A program made the translations under genes and the position numbers. The notes under the pieces are model-generated. The model was not told where the DNA came from. It was given only the letters and a program-made list of their open reading frames with translations, and did not search any database. DNA of 64,000 nt from Oscillospiraceae bacterium (GTDB lineage Bacteria; Bacillota; Clostridia; UBA1212; UBA1255), in NCBI GenBank assembly GCA_015069185.1, contig SVJB01000007.1, forward strand, positions 4,524 through 68,523, written 5' to 3'. Below are positions 36,699 to 45,957 of this stretch, piece by piece; within the stretch, counting starts at the first letter, position 1; the number at the start of each line of letters is the position of its first letter.

Positions 36699-37444
36699 CC
36701 GCGTACTAAAATAGGTCTTACCATACGTTTATTTGCTTCATTAAAATAAAACAATCTATAACCATTGTATTTTTTATCTTTATACCGCCGGTGGGCACTT
36801 ACCCATCGGCCAAATTCGTTGTGTCCATATTCTTTATCCGCCGGAATGCCAATAATACAAAATTCCCCTTCAGGAGCAGTGTATTTCCCAACTAACAAAT
36901 GTTCATATCCTGCAAGTGCTCTCATAGCCATCTTTATAAACATCTGTCCATGGATCAGATTCTTCTCTAGCAACTGTTTTATATCCGTAATTACATTCCA
37001 TGAATATGCTGTATTTGTAGTATCAAAGGGATCAAAGGATGTTCCAATTTCCGGGGAGGCAGTCTTTTCCTTTTTTCTTTCTATAATCAAACAACTACAC
37101 ATAGTTTGTTCTTTATATCGCAGATTAATACGTATTGACACATTACTATTCATAGCCTTTGAGATAAAATTGTCGATGCTTTCTCTATTAATATTAAAAT
37201 ACGTAAAAACACCTGACTCATTTGGATTGATCCTGCGTATAACTATACATTCTTCGTTAATATCCTGTGAAAAGGATTCTGTGCAAAGTACAATCCTGTC
37301 ACACCTACAAGCCACCTTACATTTTACGCTGTATTCTCTTCCGTTTTTCGAATCATATGGAGAGAAAGATATGTATCCTAACTGTACATCTCCTGTACTC
37401 ATTAACTTATAGTACACATCTGTTTTTATTCCATTATTTTCCAT
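36695..37444 (-). CDS. Hypothetical cytoplasmic protein
   Basis: Protein-like 249-258-aa ORF. The antisense ORF 36765-37412 looks like a shadow. The start is uncertain (ATG 37444 or 37471). Confidence 0.45.
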   Translation of the reverse strand: MENNGIKTDVYYKLMSTGDVQLGYISFSPYDSKNGREYSVKCKVACRCDRIVLCTESFSQDINEECIVIRRINPNESGVFTYFNINRESIDNFISKAMNSNVSIRINLRYKEQTMCSCLIIERKKEKTASPEIGTSFDPFDTTNTAYSWNVITDIKQLLEKNLIHGQMFIKMAMRALAGYEHLLVGKYTAPEGEFCIIGIPADKEYGHNEFGRWVSAHRRYKDKKYNGYRLFYFNEANKRMVRPILVRG

Positions 37445-37490
37445 AATAAAACCGCCATAAAAACCAAGCATATGCTTAATTTTATGGCGG
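37445..37490 (-). terminator. Rho-independent terminator after the metG-YesL-DUF4846 transcription unit
   Basis: Minus strand: CCGCCATAAAA...(internal palindrome AAGCATATGCTT)...TTTTATGGCGG followed by TTTTATT. Arms at 37452-37462 and 37480-37490. Confidence 0.7.
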
Positions 37491-37518
37491 CATTTCGTTT
37501 TATATAACTTAAAATTAA

Positions 37519-38592
37519 TTATTTGAATCTATAAAGAGAATTCGCATAGAAGGTTTTATCTCCGCAAATAAAGGAACCGTCTGCTTCTAGTGTTTGCCAT
37601 ACATTCATAGTATCATCCGTAGTGTTATTATATACATGAATGTCGGTTGCCGGATTACCTCCACCTGCAACGATAAATGCTTTTTGTCCTGTAGTAGGAT
37701 TTACAGCAACATCAACAACCATCAGCGCAGCACCTGTGCCGGCTGTCGAACAGAATACATCTCCTATTTTCAAATCGCCGGTTGATACACTCTTCATTTG
37801 CAATCTCAAAGAAGCAACATTGCTATAAGTCATAACATTCTGCAAATAATATCTGAAAGAACCAGGAGAATCACCCAACTCTACATCTTTATGTCCACAA
37901 GTCGCACCATTCTCACCGTGATCTGTACACCATGATAATTTGTTTTCAGAAATAAGCGTTTTATTTAATCTGCCGCCATCAATCCAAGTCTGATATTCAC
38001 ACATGAACGCCGGTGTGGTACATAACTCAAATGCAATTGCTGCAATATCACCTTTGCCACGTAAATATTCTGAACGAAGTCTGATAATTGATCCTGCAGC
38101 ACCCTGAAGATTTCCTGTATTAATAAGCTCTATATTAAATACACCTGCAATAGACGCTCCGGGGGCTTCTATCATAGCTTTTGTTTCTGTATCATGCATC
38201 AGCGGTCTTGTTCCATATGCTTTGAGTCCAAAATTCCTTAAATATTCCTCAAAGCTTCCTTCCTCAACAGCAACTCTCTCAAAACCCTCTGGCGCAGTAA
38301 ATCTGGTGCTCACTGTGTTGTTCTGTACAAGTACCTCGTCCGGTCGTTTTGTCGGTGCCGGAGTTGGCGTCACTCTTTCCGTTGGAGGAACAAGCTCCGT
38401 AGCACTGGGGGCCGGCGTGTTTGTAGCAGACATCGTAGGCTGCTTTATAACATTGTCATCATCCTTAGTAAGAGCTGCTTTAAAATCATCAAAGAAAATA
38501 ATAACAAATACTAAAGATGCAATAATCAAACATAATGAAATAACTATAAGAATAAAGCCGGTATTACTTTTCTTACTATAATTATCCTTCAT
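37519..38592 (-). CDS. DUF4846-like secreted/anchored protein
   Basis: N-terminal TM helix, Pro/Thr linker, then ...NLQGAAGSIIRLRSEYL..., which resembles the DUF4846 signature as I recall it. ATG 38592 has AGGAGG 8 nt upstream. Confidence 0.5.
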   Translation of the reverse strand: MKDNYSKKSNTGFILIVISLCLIIASLVFVIIFFDDFKAALTKDDDNVIKQPTMSATNTPAPSATELVPPTERVTPTPAPTKRPDEVLVQNNTVSTRFTAPEGFERVAVEEGSFEEYLRNFGLKAYGTRPLMHDTETKAMIEAPGASIAGVFNIELINTGNLQGAAGSIIRLRSEYLRGKGDIAAIAFELCTTPAFMCEYQTWIDGGRLNKTLISENKLSWCTDHGENGATCGHKDVELGDSPGSFRYYLQNVMTYSNVASLRLQMKSVSTGDLKIGDVFCSTAGTGAALMVVDVAVNPTTGQKAFIVAGGGNPATDIHVYNNTTDDTMNVWQTLEADGSFICGDKTFYANSLYRFK

Positions 38593-39688
38593 TATACTCT
38601 CCTCCTTCGTCATCTTCTATATTTTCATCCTCAGCCAACACCTCATCAATGTCCTCTCCGTATATATCTTCGAGGCTATCGCTAGGTGGAGTCCAATCCG
38701 GAATGATACCATCATCGGCGTCTGCCACATTCTCACCGGCATTGTCCTCGCTTGGTGCTGCTTCCCCTGCCGGTCTTGATTTATCTGCCTTATAGTTGTC
38801 TATCATGTACTTCTTAAGAGCAGGATACGTATAGAAAGTATTTACAAAACTCATGAATCCCATACCAATAATTAAGTATACAAACAGAGTTACTATGATT
38901 GAAAATATGCCGTCAATAAAGATAAGCGGTACTGCAATAGCTACTATATTGAATATCAGCATACCAAGATTTGGTAACCACCTGATAAAAGCAAGGAGCA
39001 TAGCGTTCTTATAAAGCTGTTTGAGTGTCAACTTAAATGTTACAATCATAGGATAAATGTACATCATCATTATGAGGAACAGCACCGTAAGACAAATAAG
39101 GATGAGCGTAGAGAAGAACTGCATCCAGCCCGGAAAATATTGTTCCAAAGGAGCCCCAGGAGTAGTAATAGCCAATACGAATGACATATCAATCATTATG
39201 AGGAAACCTAAGAATCCATTTATCAAAGAGGCTTTTATTGCCAGGTTTGCGTTGCTGCGAGTCTTTGTCATGAAGTCATACCAAATGAAACATGGTTCTC
39301 TCTTCACAAAAGATTTTATTATATACATAAATCCGGCTTTGCACGGTCCCATAGCATATACAGGAATTATGGTGAAAAATAAAGTAACAAATATAAGCCC
39401 CATGGTATATAGCTGAGCGGCCTCAGGACTTGAAGATATAATCTCCCCTACTGTTTTCTCCGATGTAGATGTCAGCGTGAAATACATTGATACAGCCAAC
39501 ACATAGCTAAAGGCAGCAAGTGCCATAGGTATCAGATTGGCAACAAAATACATCAGGTTAACTGCCATCATTTTGTACTTTTTCAACCAGAATATTTCCC
39601 AGAATCTGAAGAACGCTCTCTTCTCAGGTGCGCCCTTTTCTATACCCTTTCCTTCATCTAAATAAAGGAGCTTTCTAAATAACTTCAC
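38582..39688 (-). CDS. YesL/DUF624-family membrane protein with acidic C-terminal tail
   Basis: FFRFWEIFWLKKYKMMAVNLMYFVANLIP N-terminus, 6 TM helices, and a D/E-rich tail. Confidence 0.6.
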   Translation of the reverse strand: MKLFRKLLYLDEGKGIEKGAPEKRAFFRFWEIFWLKKYKMMAVNLMYFVANLIPMALAAFSYVLAVSMYFTLTSTSEKTVGEIISSSPEAAQLYTMGLIFVTLFFTIIPVYAMGPCKAGFMYIIKSFVKREPCFIWYDFMTKTRSNANLAIKASLINGFLGFLIMIDMSFVLAITTPGAPLEQYFPGWMQFFSTLILICLTVLFLIMMMYIYPMIVTFKLTLKQLYKNAMLLAFIRWLPNLGMLIFNIVAIAVPLIFIDGIFSIIVTLFVYLIIGMGFMSFVNTFYTYPALKKYMIDNYKADKSRPAGEAAPSEDNAGENVADADDGIIPDWTPPSDSLEDIYGEDIDEVLAEDENIEDDEGGEYNEG

Positions 39689-39724
39689 TTCTTATACACC
39701 TCTTGCTACGTTATACGTGCGCTA

Positions 39725-41323
39725 TTATTTACCAATATTTGCCAACTCTTCTAATTCCTTTTCCAAATCAATACGCGGGAACAGTACTGCGCCCTTTGTT
39801 ACTTGTGTGCCCTTTGGATACTTGCCCCACTCATAACTACTCTCCCAGCCTACAATATCATCACCGGAAACACCAAGCTGTTCCTGAATCTTAGCAGGAG
39901 TAGATGGCATACAAGGTTCAATAAGCACAGAAACGATACGTATACCTTCCAGCAATGTATACATTACTGCTGCAAGACGTTTTCTTGTATCCTCATCATC
40001 GATATTCTTTGCCAGAATCCATGGGGTTGTCTCGTCAATATATTTGTTAAGGCGAGCTACACATTTCCAGATCTCAGCAAGTGCTGTGGGGAATTCAAGT
40101 TTATCATAGTTTGCTTCAACTTTCTTTGCTAAGTCAGCAAACATTTTTTGTATTTCAAAATCTACACCCTCATGTGTCCACTCATCAGGCATTATACCGC
40201 CGAAATATTTAATCTGCATAGAAACTGTACGTGATACCAAATTGCCCAGATCATTTGCCAGGTCAGAATTTATTCTATTAATGAGAGCTTCATTTGTGAA
40301 AGTACCATCAGCGCCAAAAGGAACTTCTCTTAACAGAAAATAACGTATAGCATCTGTGCCGTATTTGCCAACCAGGATCGCAGGATCTACTACATTACCA
40401 CGTGATTTACCCATTTTCTGTCCATCAATCAAGAGCCAGCCATGTCCGTAAACTTGCTCCGGCAAAGGTAAATTCAAAGCCATAAGTATGATCGGCCAGA
40501 TAATTGTATGGAAACGAACGATTTCCTTACCAACTAGGTGTAGTTGTGCCGGCCAATATTTTTTAAAGTCTGCATCTCCATTCTCTTCGTCCGAGCCATA
40601 TCCCATAGCCGTAATATAGTTTGAGAGGGCATCAAGCCACACATATACTACGTGTCCCGGATCAAAAGTAACAGGAATACCCCAGTCAAAAGAAGATCTT
40701 GATACACAAAGATCCTCTAATCCGGGTCTCAGGAAGTTATTCAACATCTCGTTCTTACGTGATACAGGCTGAATAAACTCATCATGTGTCTCAATATATT
40801 CAATCAACCTATCCTGATATTTTGACAATTTAAGGAAATAGCTTTCTTCCTTTGTCAGCTCTACACTTCTGCCACAATCCGGACACTTTCCATCTTTAAG
40901 CTGAGTCTCTGTCCAGAAGGATTCACAAGGAGTACAATACCATCCCTCATACTCGCTCTTATAAATATCTCCCTGATCATACAGTTGCTTAAAAATCTTC
41001 TGAACAGCCTTTACATGATAATCGTCTGTAGTTCTGATAAACTTATCGTTTGTGATATCCATAAGCTTCCAGAGTTCATGAATACCCTCAACTATTTCAT
41101 CAACGTATTCCTGAGGTGTGACACCCTTTTCTGCTGCTTTACGTTGAATCTTCTGGCCATGTTCATCCGTGCCTGTCAGGAACATAACATCATAGCCTTT
41201 GAGGCGTCTGTATCTTGCTGCGCTATCCGCAGCAACAGTTGTATATGAATGTCCGATATGAAGATTGCCGCTTGGGTAATAAATCGGTGTGGTTATATAA
41301 TATGTTTTCTTATTTTCCATCAT
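39725..41323 (-). CDS. metG: Methionine--tRNA ligase (short form, no C-terminal tRNA-binding domain)
   Basis: HIGH (NLHIGHSYT), KMSKS (KMGKSRGN), and zinc knuckle CTPC...CPDCG. ATG 41320 is a possible alternative start. Confidence 0.9.
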   Translation of the reverse strand: MMENKKTYYITTPIYYPSGNLHIGHSYTTVAADSAARYRRLKGYDVMFLTGTDEHGQKIQRKAAEKGVTPQEYVDEIVEGIHELWKLMDITNDKFIRTTDDYHVKAVQKIFKQLYDQGDIYKSEYEGWYCTPCESFWTETQLKDGKCPDCGRSVELTKEESYFLKLSKYQDRLIEYIETHDEFIQPVSRKNEMLNNFLRPGLEDLCVSRSSFDWGIPVTFDPGHVVYVWLDALSNYITAMGYGSDEENGDADFKKYWPAQLHLVGKEIVRFHTIIWPIILMALNLPLPEQVYGHGWLLIDGQKMGKSRGNVVDPAILVGKYGTDAIRYFLLREVPFGADGTFTNEALINRINSDLANDLGNLVSRTVSMQIKYFGGIMPDEWTHEGVDFEIQKMFADLAKKVEANYDKLEFPTALAEIWKCVARLNKYIDETTPWILAKNIDDEDTRKRLAAVMYTLLEGIRIVSVLIEPCMPSTPAKIQEQLGVSGDDIVGWESSYEWGKYPKGTQVTKGAVLFPRIDLEKELEELANIGK

Positions 41324-41351
41324 TAGTCCTCCTATTTAAAATTTACTTCTC

Positions 41352-42305
41352 TTACATAAGAAAATATCTTAAATCATCTAGTATCTTCTCTGCACGCTCA
41401 TCGGTATCTGTCAGCGCAGGGTACTTCTCTAAAAGTTCCTTAAACAGTCTTGCCGATTTCTTTGCGTGCTTATAGTTGCTCATATCATCATTTGTTTTAT
41501 GATTCTCAAGTAGCCCTGTGAAAATAGTACAAATTCCTCGGAACATCTGTTCTTTTGTATATTTGCCGAATACTTCTGTTCCATCCAGCATGGCTTGCAT
41601 AACGTCAGTCATTTTTCCTTTTGTCGCGCAAACATTTGCCAGATATGAAAGGCCGATTGTATTTTCACAGCCATGTGCCACAGTATAATAACGGGCATTC
41701 TCATCCGTATAATCTATCTCGTATGCAACAGCAATCTTACCCCAGCCACTTAAGTTCTCTGATAAATAAATCAAATTCTCATTGCCCGCCGGTCCGGGCA
41801 TCAATAAATGCAAAGCGCCGGCACAATAGAGAGAAAACTCCTCATGTCTGCCAAGTACCTTGAGCACTGTAATATCCTCTTCTTTGGCACAATATCCTAA
41901 AAGAGCAATACCAAATTTTACTATCTCCCTTTTGTCAGACTCTGTTGCCATACGTAGCGCTTCTTCACGCATCAGGCTTGTGTCAGGCTTGTATCTGGTA
42001 AGAAGAATTGATATTACGGGATCTGAAATAGAAATTGCAGAATACTTCCTGATTGCCTGGTAAGCCTTCAGGCTGTTCTTCTCAGAAGGATCCTCAATTT
42101 GTTTACGTATAATACGTGCCACCTTATAATTTACCAGAACATGTTGCTTGATACCGTAGTTATCACGAAGAACTACTCCCTCATACGCGCCGGGAGTCCA
42201 TACCTCGCCTTCTCCAAGACTCATATCGCTATGATCAGGAAGATTAACATCAGCATAAGGCTCATTATTGTTGTATTTCTGCAAAAGGAATTGGTAAATG
42301 CTCAT
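41352..42305 (-). CDS. Hypothetical 317-aa helical protein between pheT and metG
   Basis: Clean ORF. Its ATG shares one base with the pheT stop (TAATG at 42303-42307). No recognisable motif. Confidence 0.55.
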   Translation of the reverse strand: MSIYQFLLQKYNNNEPYADVNLPDHSDMSLGEGEVWTPGAYEGVVLRDNYGIKQHVLVNYKVARIIRKQIEDPSEKNSLKAYQAIRKYSAISISDPVISILLTRYKPDTSLMREEALRMATESDKREIVKFGIALLGYCAKEEDITVLKVLGRHEEFSLYCAGALHLLMPGPAGNENLIYLSENLSGWGKIAVAYEIDYTDENARYYTVAHGCENTIGLSYLANVCATKGKMTDVMQAMLDGTEVFGKYTKEQMFRGICTIFTGLLENHKTNDDMSNYKHAKKSARLFKELLEKYPALTDTDERAEKILDDLRYFLM

Positions 42306-44749
42306 TATTTATCTCTCAATACTGCTCCAAACTTATACTCTAATCCTGAAAGGATTTTCTTCATGCATCTATTAACATCATCGTCTGTAAGAGTCTTTGT
42401 TTCATCACGGAATGAAAGTGAATATGCAAGACTCTTCTTGTCGCTTTCAATTCTATCTCCCATATAGCAGTCAAAGAGTCTGCAGCTCTCTAAGGCTTTG
42501 CTGCCTCTCTCTCTTATCATCTGCTCTACATGTCCTGCAGGTACATTTCTATCAATTAAAACTGCTATATCTCTTGTTACTGCCGGATATTTAGGAAGTT
42601 CTTTGCTCTTCGGTATATCAATAGCATTCTTAAATAAGTCTGCTGTTCTGATGATAGCAACATAAGTTTCCTCTGGGCATTCAAAGTTAGCTGCAACTTG
42701 CGGATGTATCTGTCCTAATATACCTGCTTTCTTGCCACCGATAATAAGCTCTGCTGTGCGACCGGGATGCATCATTGGATCGTCAGTTACAGGCTCGAAT
42801 GAATATTTTGCTATTCTGAGCTTCGCAAGAAGAGCCTCTACATTGCTCTTGAGTGCGAAGAAGTCTCCTGCTCCATAGAATCCAAAAGTAATTAATTCTC
42901 TATGTTCAGGAAGCTCTTTCGGATAATCCGGAGTCTTAATATACACATATGAAATCTCAAATGCTTTAGCTTCTTCAACTCTATGAGCGTGGTTATGTGC
43001 CATTGTTTCTAAAATCGAAGGCATCATTGTTGTTCTCATTACGCTGTAGTCCTCTCCAAGAGGATTAGAAATAATAACTGCGTCTCTAAGCGGGCTGTCT
43101 GCAGGCAGGCACAGTTTATCAAAATATGATGGACTGCCAAAGGAGAATGTAAGCATTTCATTGTATCCCATACCTGTCATAGCCATTCTTATGTTATCGC
43201 GGAGCTTCTGCTCTCTTGTCTTGCCACCGATTGTATTTTCACAGCTAGCAAGTAAGCTTGATTTAATATTGTTATAACCATAGAATCTTGCAACTTCTTC
43301 TGCAATATCTGCCTGACAGATAAGGTCTTCACGGAAGCTGGGCGGGATAACATATCCTTCATCAAAGTTAACTTCACATTCAAGATTTGTAAGTATTTCT
43401 TCCATCTTCTGGCGAGTAGCGTCAATACCAATAAATGTATTAATTGCATCTACCGAGCATGGAACTTTACGTTTTGCCTTAGGGGTTGAGTAAATATCAA
43501 CAGCACCTGTGCAAACCTTACCTGCACCCAGTTCGTTTACTAAGCTTACAGCTCTGCAAATAGCTTCATAACATGTAACTGTATCAAGACCTTTCTCAAA
43601 GCGTGAAGAAGATTCTGTTCTGAGACCTACGCTCTTTGCGCCGCGTCTGATTGTAACAGCGTCAAAGATAGCTGCTTCGAATACAATCTCTGTAGTGTCA
43701 TCCTTAATCTCTGAGTTAAGGCCTCCCATAATACCGGCAAGACCGATTGCTTTCTCGCTGTCAGCAATTACCAACATGTTTGAATTGAGAGTACGGTCCT
43801 GCTCATCAAGAGTAGTAAGTATCTCGCCATCTTCTGCGCGTCTTACGACAATCTTGCTACCTGCTATATCACGTCTGTCAAAAGCATGCATCGGCTGGCC
43901 GTATTCAAGCATTACATAGTTGGTAATATCTACAATGTTGTTAATAGGACGTACGCCTGCAGCTGCTAATTCATCGCGCATCCACTTAGGAGATGGCTCA
44001 ATCTTAACATCCTTAACAAGCCAAGCACAGTAACGTGGACAAAGGTCCGGAGCCTGAATGTCAACAGTAATCTCATCTGAAGTCTTTATATCTGATGCCT
44101 CTACAACATTTACAATTGGCTTACTGAATTTACCACCCATTGTAATTGCAGTCTCTCTTGATAAACCAAGAATACTAAAGCAGTCTGCTCTGTTTGATGT
44201 AATCTCAAATTCTATAACAGTATCATCTGCGCCAAGTACGTTTATAATATTCTTGCCGATGAACTTATCAAGCTCTTCTTTGCTCATTCCTTTGAACATG
44301 TCTACATCTTCAAGGATCATTACGCCGTCATTGTTGCTGTTATAGTCATTGCAGTCAAGACCAATTTCTTCAAACGAACACATCATACCATTTGAGGCAA
44401 CACCACGGAGTTTACCACTTGTGATCTTGCGACCTTCTGCGATAATCGCACCGTTAAGTGCTACCGGGATATGTGCGTTCTCTCTTATATTAGGTGCTCC
44501 TGTTACGATTTGAACCGGCTCACCTGTGCCCATATCAAGCTGACAAACGTGTAAGTGGTCTGAATTTTCATGGTCCTTAACTTCAAAACAGTAACCTACA
44601 AGTACATTTTGAATATCTGCTCCCTTGGACACTATAGCCTCTACCTTGCTACCACTCATTGTCAGTTCACTACCAAGATTATGGATCTCTTCCGGACTGT
44701 CTGCCTTAACATCTGTATATTTTAATAACCATTTAATGGGTGCTATCAT
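42305..44749 (-). CDS. pheT: Phenylalanine--tRNA ligase beta subunit
   Basis: 814 aa. N-terminal tRNA-binding OB domain (VLVGYCFEVKDHENSDHLHVCQLDMG), B3/4 and B5 domains, and C-terminal FDX-ACB-like end. Confidence 0.9.
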   Translation of the reverse strand: MIAPIKWLLKYTDVKADSPEEIHNLGSELTMSGSKVEAIVSKGADIQNVLVGYCFEVKDHENSDHLHVCQLDMGTGEPVQIVTGAPNIRENAHIPVALNGAIIAEGRKITSGKLRGVASNGMMCSFEEIGLDCNDYNSNNDGVMILEDVDMFKGMSKEELDKFIGKNIINVLGADDTVIEFEITSNRADCFSILGLSRETAITMGGKFSKPIVNVVEASDIKTSDEITVDIQAPDLCPRYCAWLVKDVKIEPSPKWMRDELAAAGVRPINNIVDITNYVMLEYGQPMHAFDRRDIAGSKIVVRRAEDGEILTTLDEQDRTLNSNMLVIADSEKAIGLAGIMGGLNSEIKDDTTEIVFEAAIFDAVTIRRGAKSVGLRTESSSRFEKGLDTVTCYEAICRAVSLVNELGAGKVCTGAVDIYSTPKAKRKVPCSVDAINTFIGIDATRQKMEEILTNLECEVNFDEGYVIPPSFREDLICQADIAEEVARFYGYNNIKSSLLASCENTIGGKTREQKLRDNIRMAMTGMGYNEMLTFSFGSPSYFDKLCLPADSPLRDAVIISNPLGEDYSVMRTTMMPSILETMAHNHAHRVEEAKAFEISYVYIKTPDYPKELPEHRELITFGFYGAGDFFALKSNVEALLAKLRIAKYSFEPVTDDPMMHPGRTAELIIGGKKAGILGQIHPQVAANFECPEETYVAIIRTADLFKNAIDIPKSKELPKYPAVTRDIAVLIDRNVPAGHVEQMIRERGSKALESCRLFDCYMGDRIESDKKSLAYSLSFRDETKTLTDDDVNRCMKKILSGLEYKFGAVLRDK

Positions 44750-44780
44750 TTTATATAACTTCCTTTCCGTAAATCCTTGA

Positions 44781-45800
44781 TTAGAATTGTGACAAGAATC
44801 TCATGTCACCTTCAAAAAGATGTCTCATGTCTGTAATACCAAATCTTGCCATTGCTGTTCTCTCTACACCAATACCAAAAGCAAAACCGCTGTATACTTC
44901 AGGGTCAATATTACATCTTCTGAGAACATCAGGATGTACCATACCGCATCCGAGAACTTCTATCCAGCCCTCGCCCTTGCACATCTTGCAGCCTTTACCT
45001 CCGCAAGTCCAGCAAGATACATCAACTTCCGCGCTTGGTTCTGTGAAAGGAAAATGGTGAGGTCTCAAACGAATCTTTGTATTTTCACCAAACATGTGCT
45101 TAGCAAATACCTCTAATGTACCCTTAAGGTCTCCCATTGTCACTCCCTTATCCACAACAAGGCCCTCAATCTGGTGGAAAATAGGTGAATGGGTTGCGTC
45201 TACGTTATCTGCTCTATACACTTTGCCGGGGCAAATAATCTTAATAGGCGGCTTTGTATTCTCCATAACACGAACCTGCACGCTTGAGGTCTGTGATCTT
45301 AAAAGCATGTTATCTATAATGTAAAATGTATCTTGTGTATCTCTCGCAGGATGACTGTCAGGAATATTAAGAGCCTCGAAGTTATAGTAATCAAACTCAA
45401 CCTCAGGACCGTCTGCAACTGTATATCCCATACCGATGAAAAGATCCTTCATCTCATCTGCTACAACATTGATAGGATGAAGCGTACCCTGACGTTGAAA
45501 ACCGGAAGGCATTGTAACGTCGATTGCCTGAGAAGCAAGTTTCTTTTGTGTTTCGATAGCTTTGATCTCACTTGTCTTCGATGCAATCTGTTCTTCAATA
45601 TGATTTCTTACCACATTGGCAAGCTGACCAATAACTGGTCTTTCTTCTGCACTTAATGCACCCATGCCACGAAGCACTGATGTAAGCTCGCCCTTTTTAC
45701 CTAAGTAAGCAACTCTTAATGCATCAATTGAATTGATCGAATCAGCCTCTTTTATTTTATCATCAAACTGTTGTTGAATTTGTTCTAATTTCTCTTTCAT
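44781..45800 (-). CDS. pheS: Phenylalanine--tRNA ligase alpha subunit
   Basis: Class II motifs including [16 protein letters not shown] and [16 protein letters not shown] 45800 (MKEKLEQI) is preferred over the ORF-track start 45839. Confidence 0.9.
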   Translation of the reverse strand: MKEKLEQIQQQFDDKIKEADSINSIDALRVAYLGKKGELTSVLRGMGALSAEERPVIGQLANVVRNHIEEQIASKTSEIKAIETQKKLASQAIDVTMPSGFQRQGTLHPINVVADEMKDLFIGMGYTVADGPEVEFDYYNFEALNIPDSHPARDTQDTFYIIDNMLLRSQTSSVQVRVMENTKPPIKIICPGKVYRADNVDATHSPIFHQIEGLVVDKGVTMGDLKGTLEVFAKHMFGENTKIRLRPHHFPFTEPSAEVDVSCWTCGGKGCKMCKGEGWIEVLGCGMVHPDVLRRCNIDPEVYSGFAFGIGVERTAMARFGITDMRHLFEGDMRFLSQF

Positions 45801-45844
45801 TACAACCATAACCTCCGAATAATGTACATGAAAAGTCAACCTAC

Positions 45845-45874
45845 ATAATACCCCATAATGTGTGGTTTTGTCAA
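45845..45874 (-). promoter_or_regulatory. SigA-type promoter of pheS operon
   Basis: Minus strand: TTGACA (45869-45874), 18 nt spacer, TATTAT (45845-45850). Confidence 0.55.
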
Positions 45875-45910
45875 TAAAAAAGGGGCTTTTTCAACATAAA
45901 GAAAGCCCCT
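45875..45910 (-). terminator. Rho-independent terminator of the LRR-lipoprotein gene pair
   Basis: Minus strand: GGGGCTTT, 12-nt loop, AAAGCCCC, then TTTTTT. Arms at 45882-45889 and 45902-45909. Confidence 0.8.
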
Positions 45911-45957
45911 GCAAATGTCAGTAATCGTTTTATTTTTTACCGGTTATATCATGCGCA

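Noticed and set aside
36765-37412. 215-aa plus-strand ORF opposite the hypothetical gene 36695-37444
   Set aside because: Its translation is Ser/Leu/Ile/Phe-rich and non-protein-like. The minus-strand frame looks like a real globular protein, although that call is itself only moderate confidence.
45801-45957. Looked for a T-box leader upstream of pheS (and upstream of metG at 41324-41351)
   Set aside because: Only ~40 nt separate the predicted promoter from the pheS start, and I see no specifier hairpin or T-box sequence (AAUUAGGGUGGUACCGCG-like). The hairpin at 45875-45910 is the terminator of the upstream LRR gene. metG has only a 28-nt spacer.
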